Shown here: in pieces, positions 63,671-64,000 of the stretch | How the letters are laid out: each line of letters opens with the position of its first letter | Position numbering within the stretch: position 1 is the first letter of the stretch | Source of the DNA: Lepidodermella squamata | Lineage: Eukaryota; Animalia; Gastrotricha | Length of the DNA: 64,000 bases | Reading direction: 5' to 3' | Assembly: GCA_047495785.1 (NCBI GenBank) | Contig: JBLDXI010000032.1 | Coordinates: 3,782,001-3,846,000 of the forward strand | Made by a program: the position numbers and the translations under genes | Notes under the pieces: generated by a model | What the model saw: only the letters and a program-made list of their open reading frames with translations | Databases searched by the model: none | What the model was told of the DNA's origin: nothing

Positions 63671-64000
63671 AGCGAAACCTAACCTGCAACAGCTTATCGC
63701 ATGAGTTCCAAAGAACGATGATCACGGCCTCTTGCACTCTACAAAATTTCAGGATCATTCACCAGCAGCCGCTACAAGTAATGGCTACAAAACCGGCCGA
63801 AGAAAATTGCCATCAAATTTCAACCTGTCCGACAAGAGCAGGCCTCACTGAAAACCGTCGAGCAAATTCGCGAAATTTTTTCTAATTATTTTCTTGAATG
63901 ATGCCTCCTTCTATCTTTCAATCTCGAGCAACTCTAATAGCGCGCAATTTTCGAATTTTGAAAATAATAACACACTTCGATTGATTACTGGTTTCTGGTT

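Overview
Eukaryotic (metazoan-type) genomic DNA with very short GT-AG introns (about 50-70 bp). Left: a 6-exon AAK1/BMP2K-family kinase gene (minus). It is separated from a divergently oriented, coding-intronless CNOT7/CAF1 deadenylase by about 17 kb of nested transposons. The nest has outer modular inverted-repeat arms and contains LINE tails, a pogo-like MITE, a NOF/MULE-like transposase spliced to an OTU protease, a TSD-bounded Gypsy-derived element (Gag, aspartic protease, Ulp1/C48 protease, core-less integrase, no RT) and a small MULE with an 8-bp TSD. CNOT7 is followed by four tightly packed PHOSPHO1/2-type HAD phosphatase paralogs with operon-like spacers, one lacking the shared intron. 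Beyond 30.2 kb the window is mostly decayed, locally duplicated TE sequence: L2/CR1 tails, Gypsy remnants with a tRNA-Gly PBS, a P-like remnant, MITEs, an internally deleted RTE, and a CENP-E-like kinesin pseudogene interrupted by an intact two-ORF Jockey/I-group LINE. Exon and TE boundaries were read by eye. Family assignments rest on motif recognition, not database searches.
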